From NCBI GenBank assembly GCA_963924565.1, contig OZ004609.1:29450001-29514000 (forward strand): 64,000 nt of DNA. The letters are read 5' to 3'. The translations under genes and the position numbers were made by a program. Below are positions 36,457 through 51,400 of the stretch, piece after piece. Positions within the stretch are counted from its first letter, which is position 1; each line of letters starts with the position of its first letter. Source of the stretch: Ascidiella aspersa. Lineage: Eukaryota. The notes beneath the pieces were generated by a model. It did not search any database and was not told the DNA's origin. It saw nothing but the letters and a program-made list of their open reading frames with translations.

Positions 36457-39400
36457 ATGCCGCGGATTTCGCACAAGAAGTATTTGGACGATTTAATGGA
36501 GACTTCGCCGTCGGACGGGCGGCTTCGTCTCGAACTACGCAAGCTGAGCAATTCAGACGGCTGGATTTCGGCCACCCGAGAGTCCAGGTAGGGTCGGGCA
36601 CTTTTGCTATTTTTGTAAACAACATTTTGCATGTTTACTCATGCATTAAATGTTATTTTAAGTTGAAGTGTGTGTTTACCTTGTTTAATTGCGTTCAGTT
36701 GTTACTTACCTTTTGAATTCCTTTGTTACAGTATGTTTTAAAAGTCGTTTACGGCCAAATTGACTTGTTTCTCATCTCATGAAAATTAACTTTATTTTCA
36801 CAAAGACAGAAAAAATGTTATTATTTGTTTTAAATTTTAATTACTGTAAATGCTTATACAGGCCATGGTAAAAAATCTAGTGTTATGGCATTCAAATTTG
36901 GTTGCACCTCACCTGAAGAACGGTGCAATGTAATTTGGTTGACTATTGACATACAGTAAACTTTATGATGTATCAGCAGCATGCATTACTACACTTTTTC
37001 TGTAAGTTACTTTCTGTAATCCTTGGTTGTCATCATTTACCCAACCAATAATATTTAATACTGGCTAACCAAGTTTCCAAACCATTTTTGTTGGTGTTCA
37101 ATCATACAACTAAACTCTTCAAATATACACCAGCAAGGCACATGTGCATTTTTCAAACACTGTGCTCAAAACCTAAACTGAACAGATCTGCCAAATTGCA
37201 TTCTTTATGCTCTGAATTTTTTTTTTTTGCTTTTCAGTAACAGCAGCAGTAGAGCTTCCACTCCTGTCTCCCATTCTTCTAATCCAATTGGAAATGGTGG
37301 AACTAGTTCAGGGGCAAAACGCGGAAGGCCCAAGAAGAATTCGCTTGGAACACCGCACAACCACAATGCTGTCAAGAAGAAGAAAGGAAGGCCAAGGTCC
37401 GATAAACCCAAGCAGTTCAAGATGGTGCTGGAAAAAGATGATGATTTTGAAGTCGACTACATTTCCCCAGATGATGTATGATTTTTTATTATTAAAGCAA
37501 AATAAAAATATTTTTTAACATAAGTGAATTGCTTGTAACATGTACTTTAATTGGGGATAGACCAATATATTGATTTACAAATCCTCAACCCTGATATTTA
37601 TCTTTTACTTAAATATTGGAATCAAAAAAATTTGGTTGATATTTTGGCCGATATTTTTTTTTGTGAAAAAGAAAAAAGAATTGTATTATTTTTACAAAAA
37701 AAGATCTCTTGTTCAGCATTATGACAAGTTAATAATATCGCAAAAAAGAGCTTAATAAAAGCAGGTCACCTACATAAACTGAAATGTTATTTGGATTTCA
37801 AATCGTCATGAAACTGAAAAAATTTCTGTTTAAACTATTGAAAAAATTTGTTTTCCAAAAAATGTTTTTGAATTATATTTTTATATATCTGTATGCAATA
37901 CAATCTACATCATTCAGGCCTTTTTTGTAAAACCAACTAAATTTAAATTATGTGTGAAATACATAAATGTCCATTATATATATATAAAAAAAAATTGAAT
38001 AATTTTACACAGTTTTACCAGATGTCATGTCCATAGCCCCTAAAAAAACATTAAATGTAAATTTATTAATAGGCAAGTATCTCTGAAAGCGAAGATAAGG
38101 AAGCCACATCTGTTGGATCACTTTCTGATCATGAACACTTCTTGGATAATGAAGATGAAGATGCTTTATCTATTGAAGGTTAATTGAAACTATTTGTTTG
38201 GCTTTTGAACAACGTCATTAAGTTTCTTTATACCACCCAGCTACCCACACACCTGTTTTGCTGTTATATGTTTTCTAAATTGATTTCTTACAAAGCCTAA
38301 AAATGTAGTCATATTTAGGCAACTCTTTTTTCTTTGTGTGTGGAATGTCCATGTTGTCATTTTTCTGTTTCTTCTTTAAATCTTTATATGTCTTTGAATT
38401 GATTTATGTTTTGAAAAGTCTTTGAAAAACACAATATTTTTCTAAAATTCCTAAAATAGTCTTTAAATTGATTTTATTTCCAAAAAGTGCCATTAAAACA
38501 TCAAGAAAAAATCTTTGAATGTCTTTTTTTTTCTTTTTAAGTAAATTATGTTTTTACTATACAGGATTTACTTCTGCATTCTGGTCCGAAGAAGAAGAGG
38601 AAATGGATGATGATGAAATTCCAAAATTAGAACTGCCAAAGTCTTCCGAAGACCTCTTGATTCCAAATAAATTAGTGTTGCCTTGCTTGGCTGTCTATGA
38701 GGTAAATAACATACATTATTATTTTAGTAGTACATTATGTTTTAAAAATACTTAACTGAGCTATTACAACAATATGTTTGGTTGGATCACACTCAATATT
38801 ATTCATTGCTTTAAATGAGTTTTCTTATATATCTATAAATATGTATGTATATATAACTCCTGTTAATTATTTGAGTTTAGTCCAAAATTCAATTTATATT
38901 GTTGTAATTGTGGAAAGTTTTTATGCCATGGGAATTTCATTCTACAAAGAAAACGCTATCTGAGGTTGTTTTACGGACATCTTATGTTCTTTACAGGTTT
39001 TAAGACATTTTCGTAGCACTCTCAAATTGTCACCAATGTTGTTTGAAGACTTTTGTGCAGCACTTGTGTCTACAGATACAACCATAATGCTCAATGAGGT
39101 AAAAATTGTTATTCATAATTCAAATCAAAATTGTTTGGGTACATTTATTAATTCATTGACTGAGTATATAGTTTTAAAAGTATATAGTTTTAAAATAATT
39201 TGAATATTTTAAATCCACAGTGTCACATTGCACTTCTCAAAGCATTGATCAAAGAGGAAGATAGCCTGAACACGACATTTTCGCCACAAGACCAAAAAGA
39301 TGCGTACAATGTTGCCTTCTATTTCATTGACTATTTAACCTGGCCCGAAGTGCTCCGGTACTATGTTGAGAGTTCCCCAGAGTTTCATTCCGTCTTGCCT

Positions 39401-42400
39401 ATTGTAGAGAACAAAGACTTTCCCTCAGTGGACCCTGAGCAAAAACTAAAGGTACATGGAGTTTTAGTTTACCTTATTATTACTTTCTTCATATTAGATT
39501 TTATTATCTGGCATAATTTATTTTTACCCTTGCAAAGAGATGTGGTAGGCCAGTTGTTAGCATAATTCACTGAGCGGACATTGTTGTATTTATTGTATTC
39601 TTTCCGATGTTTCAATTTTTTCCAAATTGTCCTTTTGTCAAAAAATGGCAAACTTTACAAAAAGTAATACTTATATAGGTACTTCAATTCCTTTGCAACA
39701 TGTATGTGTCATCCACTAAAATTCGCGACGACCTAATGATGGACGGAACGATTCATTATGATGATCACTGCCGTGTTTGTCATAGACTGGGAGACCTTTT
39801 GTGCTGCGAAACCTGTCCAGCAGTTTATCACTTGGCATGTTGCAACCCTCCACTCAAAGAGGTCAATAATTGTATTTATTTTTTTTCTTGTTTTAGTGGT
39901 AGCACAACCGTGACTTGAGTCATTTTAATGTACTTTTGTGCCCCAGCATGTATTGAAATAATGAGCAGGGGGACCTGACTGAGTCTATTTATTTAGCTGG
40001 AGTTAGACTTGGTAAAGTCTTAAATCTGACGGTTGTTTATTGATCTTGACAGAAACGGTAAATTGTGCCGAACTCAGAAGTCTGACTAAAGTTTTTCTTA
40101 CGCCCAGAGTTGGACTTGTTTCTTTTTTAAACGACTTCCAGCAGCCCTGTTAATTATAAATACATATTTTTCAGAAGCTTGACAAAGTAATAAATATATA
40201 TATATCGCATAATTTTATAAGTAATTTTTCACACAATTTATTTTTCAAACTGATAACTGTTGCTTTCCTAGTTTAAATATTAGAAAAGTAGTTCATACAA
40301 AGTTTCTGCTTTGCAGCAATTTTTGGACTTTGTTAAAAAAATAAAATTATTGATCATTACCTATCCGGTAGTTAGTTACTTCTACTACAACAAAAGAAAA
40401 AATAAAGAAGAAATGGAAAAATGGAAATTTGCTTTTTAATTCACACAGTATGTGTCCTGAAGTGACCCGATAAAACTGTAATATTGGACATTCCTAAGAT
40501 AAACATAGTGAATTGTTAAATATTTTCACATTCTTCTCTCTTGCAAATAGGTTCCAGATGATGAGTGGCAATGTGAAATCTGTGTGGCTCACAAACTGAA
40601 TGGAGTCACCAACTGTGAGTCGGATAGGGAGACCAATGGTCAGTATCTACGCCACGACCCAATCGGCCAGGATCGCTACGGAAGGAAGTACTGGTTTCTA
40701 GCACGCAGACTCATAGTGTAAGTAAACTACTTGGTTTTGAAATACTACGATACTGCACTCAACAAGTTTTGCCTAAAGATCACTTTTTCCATTTATTTTT
40801 ATAAATTTTACACTTGTAAGAAAAACTCTAAAAAAATGTCTTAACAAAAGTGTTGCTTTGATAATACTAAAGCCTATTCTAAACCACCTTATGATTGACT
40901 ATAATTCAACTAAAACATATGAATATAAACTAATTTTCAGTAATCAGTTTACTGTATAATGTACCTCCATCAGGTGTGTTAAATGAAGGTCCATAATTAG
41001 TCTTAGGAAACCAGAGCACAGAAATGAAAGCTCTGTTTGTGACACACATATTATTTTTTTTAAGCATTCCAGCTAACTATTTTGCCAAGTGTAACTCTGT
41101 TAAAAGTATTTAACATACCAGATTTTCCAAAAATCAATTTCCATTATCAGTACTAATATTTTCTATTTTATACTTTATAGTGAGGATGAAAAGGAGACTC
41201 TGTATTACACAACATATGATGAGTTTCTTTACTTGAGGAGCAAATTAGATGCTGACAAATATGAAATGGCACTGTGTGAGGTAACCGGTCAACGTTAATC
41301 AAAATAGTGTTTATATTTTATCTTTTTTGTTCTGCATATTTGGATTTTTTTATATTTAACAAAATTGATTTAAATTTTTATAAATAAAAAAATTAGAAAC
41401 AAGATTTTAACTCAATATATTTCCCTTTCATACATAATGCTAACAGCCTTAACTGCACACATGCATTACTGTTTTGCATTGTTGATTAGGCACTGTTAGA
41501 TGTGGAAGAAGATTTTCCGAGACAAGCAAAAGTTACCGAGCAACTCACAAATGATGCCAAATGGGCAGAAGAAGCCACCACATTCATACAGAAGCAAAAA
41601 GGTGAAACACTGCTGAAAAACACATACACTTTGTTTGTTGATTAGTGCTGTAAAACAATATTGTTTGCTCAGATCATGTCAAGCTGAAGATTGAAGAAGA
41701 AAAAAAGATCGAAGATGAAAGAAGGGCGGAAGAACAGAAAAAGAAAGACGCAGAGATGAAACTTAAACGGGAGCAACAGGAAAAAGAAGAGGCAGAGATA
41801 AAGGCTAAAGAAGAAGAGGCAGCAAAAGAAAAGAAAGAAGTGGAAAAGAAAGCCACAGAAGAAGAGGCAGCTAAAGTGGAAAAATCACTTGATGAAGAAG
41901 TGGAAAACACTCTGGTTAAATCAGAAGCAGCAGCACAAGTGGAAAAAGCTTCCTTTGAAGACATTTCTAACAAAAAAGATGGACTGTCAGAAAAACCATT
42001 GGAGGATGACTTGAAGACAGGAGCCCTGAATACTTTGACAGAAAATCAAAAAGACATTATTGCCAAAGAAAACAATGACTCCCTTCAAGATGAGGTAAAA
42101 ATGGAAACAAAGGAAGAACAACTTTCTGAACCGAAATGTGAGGCTTCTACTCCTGCAGCTACAGTTGGAAAAATGGATCCTGAAAAAAAAGGAGTAAAAC
42201 AGGAACCTGTACCAATGGAAATGTCAAAAAATCCTGAAGGTATATGTTGTGTACCTTACTTTGCTTTATATTTGTATAATCAGTATGATTTCCAATTATT
42301 TTAGTATATACCAAAATAGCCATAATTTAAGAAGGCTAGTTTAGTGGAACAAAAAAATCAATCAATATATTACTTTTTGCATGTGTGTAAACTCAAATTA

Positions 42401-45400
42401 AAAACTCTAAAATAGTGGATTGTGGTCAGGATATTCGGTTTGCTCTTAAAAATACATTCATCTTTTTCAGGAAAATCTGTAGCATCGAACGAAGAACCAC
42501 CAACTACTGGTACAGAACCGCCCAAACCAGAAGTTTTGCCTTTAAAAATCACGGAAGAAAAAGTCCCTGTTGAAAATGGAAAAATTGCAACGCAGACAGC
42601 AAAAGTTGAATTAACTGAAATGCAACAAAACTCACTTGCAATGATGCCTAAAACAACACCTCTTGCAAACAAGCAAAACAGTCCGATGCCAATTAGATTG
42701 GCTAACATCAAAGTTCCACTTGCTAGATGTGATGCAATGGTGTCTGCTGCCGGTATTACAAAACCACCTTCGAAATCTTTAGCTGTAAGTGTATTTTTTT
42801 GTTTTTTCCATGCAACTAGAGCAGGGGTTCTTAAACTCATTTTACCGCGGACCCCTAAATTTTTTTTTGCTTCGCGTTTTCCACAATAGGCAAGAAATTT
42901 TCAAAAATGGCGTCCTAAATTGACGTTACAATCATATGGTCTTTGAGAAATATGCTGATGATTAAAGTCTAAACACATTCAGTGCTAAAACGTTTTTATT
43001 TTTATTCAAACTCTTTTGTTTGAAAAATTGATTATTTCTTAAATATGCATCAATATTTCAATTTGCCTTTATGCACCCATAAAGTTAGTTCCCAGACCCC
43101 CAAGGGGTCCATTGACCCCAGTATAAAAATCCCTGAGGCTTTATGCCGGATGCATTTTAAGAGAAAACCGAATATCACTGACCATTGCCTTCTCCAGGCT
43201 GTAAATATCATGCCAAAGATCCAAGCGAAACCTGCACCAACTTCAGCAAACCTGACACAGTTACGCAATCTGTTTGTGCTCGGAAAAGATGGAATGCGGA
43301 CTCCAATAACTATTGGTCCTGGCGGAAGGATTATTACTGGTCAGCCACAGAAAATTTTGTTGCTGAACCCTCAGCAAACAGCAAACAAAGTATGTTTTTA
43401 TGTTATGAATCACTAGCATTTATAGTTTCTACAGTACTTAAATATTTTTTTTTCTTGTTAAATTTTTTTGTCACTTAAATTTTTTCCTACTTAAAATTTT
43501 TTCTATCTTAAATATGTTTTGTTGTTTTAACCAAGAATCAAACTCCAAATTCTACGAAGATTAGCAGAGAACTTCGGCGATTGCAGTTTAGTGGACCTGG
43601 TCCTAAAATGCAAAAGATGGTGACTCCCTTGATAAAAAGACCCCCTGGAAATGCTATAGGTATTTAGCGTACAATCTATCATAATTTTAGTTTAAGCGTA
43701 TCTAAATAATATTGATATATTTTTTTAACATTCTTCCAGTAACTTCACAAGCTCAAGCCAAAGAAAGCAAGCCAAGCCCACAGAAGGAAAAGATCATGGT
43801 CAAAATTCCGACAAAGCCATTTAAGTAAGTTGTTGCCAACTAAACATATTTTGCAGATGCAGTTTACACATTAACATATTGAGAAAAAATTTTGTAATTT
43901 TAAACTTGAGTCTTCTAGATTTATATAGCAGGAAATAGGAATGTTACATGAGTTTGACATTTTATTTCAATACTGATACCAAATATATTTTTTGGAGTAT
44001 CAAAATTCGATGCTATACCAAATATTGTCAGTATTTTCGCAAAACAAGCAAAATTAATAAAATATGTTGTTGTTCAGAATATTAGACCCAGTTTGGGTTT
44101 AGTGTAAAGTTTGTTATCTCCAATTGCTTTGTTAATCTATTTTAATATTTGATAAAATTACCTTTGAAGGTAGAATCGCTGCTAATAATTGCAATCATGA
44201 CTGAAATTCCTATTTTAATTTATTATCGCATCTGCACCGATACCACTCAGCCACGGAAGTACAGATTCTACCACTTGGCATTAGGTGTTGGCTTCGATCT
44301 GATAAAATTGGCCATTTCTAGTAGGAAATAACAAGTCCTACCGATAACTTTGTTATTTACTTAAAAAAATCAATTTGTTATTGCGTGCAAATACAGTTGG
44401 CCATTAGTCATTCAAAGCCCTATTACAAAGGATTGGGTTGGTTGCAAATAAGAAAATTTATACTCTTATATCTCAGGTTGGGTGAAGATGGTGGTTACAA
44501 GCATTACAAGAACTACTACACTGAGAACACCCTGGCATTAAACAAGTACCAGCATAAAGAGGATAAGGATAGAGACAGGCATGTCGGTCACAAGTTCTGT
44601 GTTGGTGGTCCGGTGGAATTTGAATGGTCTGGAGAGCAATATGGATCTCGGGTACGCGAAATTTGTTTTAGTTAAGTAGTGACAGATAACTGTAAGGCCT
44701 GGCAATCAAGAGCCCGATAACTGTAAAAATTGACAATTCAGGGCCAGATATAAGATGTTGCTGTGCTATGTGCTTTGATTGTTAATGTTATAAACAAGGG
44801 AAACATAAATATTTAATTAGATAGAAACCTTTAGAGAGATTTATGAAATTTTTGTTCAGTTTTAAAAACATTAATTTTAATTTGAAATTGCATCCGGAAA
44901 CATTCAAACAATATTTTATCCTCTTAAGGGCAATATCCTAATCAAAGTTTTGTGATTTGGACCGTTGGTGTACATTAAAAAATATTTGATTTCTTAAACC
45001 CGGTAAATCAGCCATTGGTTGTATTTCTGCACTAATGATGAGAACACACACTTACGCAATAAACTTTGTTTTGATGTGCGTTTAATAATCTTCTCTCTGA
45101 AGTAGCAAAATATTCTGCCAAGGCTGTGTCTTAATTACAACTTATTTCTTAAACGAAAATTTTAACCTTGCTTTAAAATTGACCAGACGGAAATTGTCCA
45201 CACTCTTCGCTCTGCACTGTTCCGCTTCGAGCAGCAGATTCCGCTTTGTTTCATGCATTCCAAATGGGAGCAATATCGCAAGATGTGGGGTCGCATGTTC
45301 CTCAAGAATGACTCTCCGAGGGCCTTTGCTGTCGTGCTGGGAATCCTTGAGATGGCCATCAGGGCCAATGTCAAGAAATCTGTTTGGAAGGAATCAATGG

Positions 45401-48400
45401 GACAGTCTCGGTAAGTTTTTATTGATTTTTGTATGTAGTTGCGGTGTATCGGTGTTGAAAACGGTGTGTGTTGAATGCCCAGGGCTAAAAATCTTTAAAA
45501 TGCACAGTAAATACAACATGTAATACTTTCGTTTTCTAGCATGAGGCGACTACTTGCTAGTGAGAAAGAGTTGCATGAAAAAAAGAAAAAGCACAGGATC
45601 AAAGCTGAAGAAGATACAGCAAACCGTAATGCTGTCTGGTGCAAATACCCCTTGCCAGTCAGAAGTGTGCTGGTCAGTATTGATTCTATTGCTTATCATA
45701 ACCTGTTTGCTGTCACCTAACATTTAAAAAAAAATTTGCACAAGCTAAACTGTATGTTCACGATGTAACATTTTTTGTACTGGACTTGAGGTAATTATCA
45801 TATGGTTTTGCATTTGCTGAAAATAACAGTCTTAAACTTTTTTACTCCACCTAAATCGTATGTTCAGTGTTCACACTAATATTTTTTGTGCGGGAGACTT
45901 GAGGTAATCATCAGGTGGTTTTGCAATAATCTTCAATATTAATTTTTAGGTCTGGAAGCAAAAAGGTGAAGAGTATAGGATCACAGGCTACGGAGGATGG
46001 ATGTGGCTCTCATCCTCGTTCAAGTCAATGAACAAACCATACAAGCGGAAACCACATACCACTGTCAGAAAACCCAAGATCAAACAGGAACAGCTAAATA
46101 GCGAGAAGGAAAAGTCCTTGGAAAAAGATCAATCTCCTCCTGAAACCCCGTCACTGGCGACTGAAACTCCGTCAGTGGCGGCTGAAACTCCGTCAGTGGC
46201 GGCTGAAACTCTGTCAGTGGCGGCTGAAACTCTGTCAGTGGCGGCTGAAACTCTGTCAGTGGCGCCTGAAATTCCGTCAGTGGCAGCTGAATCTCCATCA
46301 GTGGCAGCTGACCCGCCATCAGTGGCAGCTGACCCGCCATCAGTGGCAGCTGACCCGCCATCAGTGGCAGCTGACCCGCCATCAGTGGCAGCTGACCCGC
46401 CATCAGTGGCAGCTGACCCGCCATCAGTGGCAGCTGACCCGCCATCAGTGGCAGCTGACCCGCCATCAGTGGCAGCTGACCCGCCATCAGTGGCTGCTGA
46501 CCCGCCATCAGTGGCAGCTGACCCGCCATCAGTGGCTGCTGACCCGCCATCAGTGGCTGCTGAAGCTCCACCAGTGGCAGCTGAAACTCCACCAGTAGCA
46601 GCTGAAACTCCAACAAGTGTGACACCTTGTAGTGAAGCTCCAGTTAAAACTTACGAAACAAATGAGTCCCCCGACTTGTCAGTCAGCAAGGAAGAGCCAG
46701 AGAAGATGGAAACCTCCGAAACCCCACAAGACAACACAGAAGCTACACCGCCAGCTAACCAAGAAGAGGTGGAGAATACTATACCATCGACAAATAAACC
46801 TGATGAAGATCCAGTCATACACAATGAAACAAAAATGGATGCCTCCCCGAATACAGTAAAAGAAGAGGTTGTGATAGAAGCACCAGCGTCCAAAGCAAAC
46901 CAGGAATCTGAAGAATCTATTGCAACGACAGCAGTTAGTGATAGCCCAAAAGCTCCTGTAGAAGAGACCGATACAAAACCAGAACAATCGGCAAGTGAAG
47001 CAACAGATAACAAGCCATCTGAACCAGCACCTATTGAAGAAAAGACTGGGGATCCCACTCAAGATACAAAACCTTCCTATGTTGATTTGGCAGCTGAGGT
47101 TGATGCGTTAGTTGCCAAATGTGATGTCATTGACATTTCGAAGAATTTGTTAGTACGATCGGTACTATACAATCTGAAATGGCAGCCAACAAAGATTGAC
47201 AAACTGCTACGTTGGAGGTATTTTTTAGATTAAAGTAATCATTCATAAACAGTTGGAATTGTAGAAAAAATTGGGCAAATCTTTGCAAACCTATTGCTAA
47301 GATAAAAAATTTAAATATTGTTACTATGATTTTTATGCAAATTTAACTAAACCTTTACAAGTTGTTGTTATTTCGGATATTTTAAAATTTCAACTAGGAT
47401 TAATAACCTTTCTTTTAAATATCTTTTGTGTTATTCTATGTGTGTAACAATGATTTTGTTTAACTTCAGGATGCTTCAAGAAAACGTTAGGTTAAAAATG
47501 TTGCAGGAAGCCAACAAACCACCGACAGACAAGCCGCCAATTGCAAAATCAGTCGAAGAAGACTCAAGCAATTGCACAACAAACTTAGAGATCAGTGACT
47601 CGGAAACTGATTCGGTTGCGAGTGCAAATTACTTGGATGAGTCGACAGAATCAATCGACAAACCTGCAAGCGTCCCTGGTCCAAGTAACTCTGATTCCGA
47701 TGTTGCTAGTGGTGAAACTAATCCTGAAACTGTGAGTGAGGATATCGCTTCGGTCTGTCAAAGTACTCCACCTGTTGTCAGCTCGGCTCCGATGGTCACA
47801 GATAGTATTCTTGCTGACAAAATCACCAAAAGTTCTGAAATTCCTAGCACTACGCAGACTCAAACTACCTCTCCCAAACCAAGCACAGACCTTCCGGAGG
47901 ATAATATGGAAGTAGATGTTGTTAGTAAACACTGTCCGAAAGACCATGATTCAGCTCTAGCTACAGAACATGGTAAAACAACCACAGACTCTGTACCAAA
48001 TACAGAAACTGTTTGTAATGGCCTTGACAGCCCAATTTCTTCAACTACACTAGAAAAGCATGTGACGACAACCACGACTGTGACCACTACGATGACCAAA
48101 ACAGTTCTTGTCGATTCTGAAACCAGTCAGTCGAGCGAAAATCAAATCTCCACGGTTACAACGTCAAGCACCAAAGTCGAGACAACAACCACTTCCAAAA
48201 TTGATGTGGTATCCACCAGTGTTGCAACGGATTCAAAGTCAGCAGCTACTGAATTAAATTCATTATCACAGCCACCATATACCTCAGCAAAGAATGAAAA
48301 TGACCGTATTTCAGAACCTGAGAAAAGTAAAGTTGTATTCGGTTCCTACGACTCTATTTTTAAATCATCTTCAATGGAGGTCGACCCATCTTTAGGTCTC

Positions 48401-51400
48401 ACAACTGAAGTTACACACCGACAGGTATCCAGGCGTTTCCGTACCGTGAAAAAAGCCGGCATCACAAAGCACATCGAACTCTCTAAGGTGACGCAGTCAG
48501 CAACGTCAAAAACGTGGAAGCTTAAAAGATCACCTGCCGACACAACGAAAAAGAAGCTGAAAGATGTCAAGGTTAGTATTTAGCGGCTAGGAAAGTTAAA
48601 TTGCAATATTTTAAATTTATTATTCGATTTTTTTATTAATATGACAGATGCCTCTTCCCTGGAAGTTTTCTTGTGGAGTTGGAAGAAAAAAGAACATATT
48701 CAGGTAAGTTGTGTTTTTTTACCTAGCGTAAAGGTTTCGGTTGTAAATTGTAATGGGTAGTACAACTTTGTTTGTAGCAATGTTTTTATTCTTAGTCGTT
48801 GTGTGTAAAAATCCAAATGTTAGATTAAAGTCGTATGACAATGAACTTAATAACGTTTTCCTTTTAGACTTCCTTTAAAATGCATCAGAAATTTGGCTTT
48901 AAAAGGAGGGATTGCATGGAATCCAAAAGGTTTTCACATCACTCCAAAGTGGCCTGCAGGCATTGGTAATTCAGATAATAAAGAATACTTATTGTAGTAA
49001 AATTCCAACCGTTTTTTTGTAAAATTTGTATAATAATGTTTTCTGGTTTTCTAACCCTAAACCACTGTGTCTTGGACCTTTATTACTGTAAAAGTCCTGT
49101 AAAGATTTTGTTGCTTGAATATTGTAAAATAAAACCCTTCAATATGCTTGATCCTTGCATTGCAAAACAAGTGAAAAATTAAAATTTTTACTGTTCTTGT
49201 ACAGAGCTGTTTTGGCCATACCCATGTCCACGTCCGACGGTTGGAACAGTTTGGAGGTACAAGATTCAAAACGCTGCCACTTTGTCGGCGATAGCTCACT
49301 TGCTGCGAATTCTTTGGCACAGCATTAGATGGGATGACATCATTACCTCTCCACCAACAGAGTAAGGATTTTCTCAGTATACTTATAGGGTTAAACAGGC
49401 TGGCAGAATCTTGCCAGCCTTCCGGTGCCGAGAATTTTTGGCCTAAATTCTTTGTTTTTTTGGTTGCCCCCTTAAAGTTAAAATAATGTGTTTTCCCGAG
49501 AAATGTATAAAATTTGCCATGTTAAAGTGATTAACAAGGCTGTTAACAAGTAAATCATATTCCAAGACGTGGCGCAAAATTTTTGTGTTACTTTAACAAA
49601 TATATAAATAAGAGACATGCTAAAGTACAACCTGGGGTCTGGAGTAGCACATGTCCGTTTTTTTCATTCCGCAACAATGTTACATAAATAAGCAGTATTC
49701 GGGCGAACTCATGAGCAAACATGCAGCGCAAAACCAGATTAAAAAACGCGAAACAATTTTTTGGTTAAATAGGGGAAATTTTTAATATATATTGCTTAAA
49801 ATAATGATGTTTATAATCAAATTTAATAGGAATTGTTTACCCAGTTTAGAATCACACAGTCAAATGCAACATGCCATAGTATGATTAGTGGCTATGGGCT
49901 GAATAGATTTGCCTGAAACAGAGACAGAATCATAGCAAACCAAGGGTAAAGTTTGCGCAAACCGCGAAATTTTTTTGCATTTACGTAATTAAAATAGCCA
50001 AAAATATAGTTTAAGGCTTAAATGGAACAGCACGGCCTAGCTCCCTAGTACATCCTCTTAAGGCCCTTGCGAATGTTGTATACCTGTCTATTTAACAAGA
50101 ATGGAGACTGAAACAACATGCTTCTGTAACTTTTTTAAGAATGACACAATAAAATTAATTTCTCCAAACTGTAGGGCGTAATGTTACTACATATTCTGCA
50201 TTTCAAAAATATATGTGATTAAGTATGTGTAGAAACAACAATTTTTTCAAGGAAAAATGGATGTTTTAAAAAAAAATTTGGGGGGGGGGTAATTTTTTTT
50301 TGTACCAATTTTTTCGGTTTTCTGGCTCATTCTTTGGCCGACATAGTCGCCAATTCGCCAGCATTCTGCCATACTGGGGTTAACGAATGGATGATTTTCA
50401 AGGGTCCTAAAAACTGTAGTATAAAGTGACATGTTTTGGGTAAAATCTATTTATCTTAAACTTAGTGGAGAAATTGCGAAGGAACAAAAGCAATTCTTTA
50501 GCTTAGAAAGAAAGTTAAAACGGTGCCAGAATCTTACCTTCTTTCTTTCTCGTCAGGGATAATGTTCACGTTGTTCACAATGATGAAGATATCATCACCA
50601 CTGAGTTGCTCAAGCGTCGTGATGTCGACAACAGTGGCTTACATTCAGAATACTTTGTCAGAAGAATACAAATGCCAACTGCTGAATATGACGAAGAAAT
50701 TCCGCAAAGTGAGTAATTATTAACTTTGTGATTTTTACTGATTGATTTATATCTATTGATATGTCGCCTGGTGAGGCGAATTATGTTTTGTGATTTTAGT
50801 TTAAGTGTGTTTTGGCCACAATTTACAAGTTATCTCCAGTGAAACATTTATATTTAAAGAAAATTAAAATAAAATATTAATGTTCAGTTTTGTGTATGAC
50901 CACTAGTTCAAGCATCTTCCATCAGACCTTAATATGTTACTATTAACTGTGTTATATATATGTCAAAAATTTGCGTTGACCCCACTAAGGTTGACAGCAT
51001 TCGGATATATTGCTATCTTGACAGTGATATTTAGTACAAACTATTAAACATTCTAAAGATTTACAATGGTCGCACCAACAATACCCTCCCTAACAGAGAC
51101 TGTTATTTGTCAGGTGAAGCTTACACCCCGTCATCCCGTTCAGGCCTGCGTGCCAGGGTCCGCAATATGGGCTTGAGAGAAAGAACGAAGAGAGAAACTT
51201 CCTCAAGCCCAAGAGTGGAAACGCTCTGGCTACCCGAGGATCGTATTGCTCTTTGGCAGATCAGACAGTTCCATGCAGCGTACGTTGGTTTTTTCTAATA
51301 AACGGGTTAATCCTAATCAGGCTTGTAGCTCACCAGACACCACTAATACAAACTGTAAAGTTTTTTTCAATTTTTAAGACAGATACGTGTGTGTTGGTGA

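Noticed and set aside
46080-46625. 181-aa antisense ORF (PLMAGQL repeats) and a CRISPR-like look of the 21-bp array
   Set aside because: It is the reverse reading of the coding minisatellite; there are no unique spacers or cas genes, and the DNA is eukaryotic.
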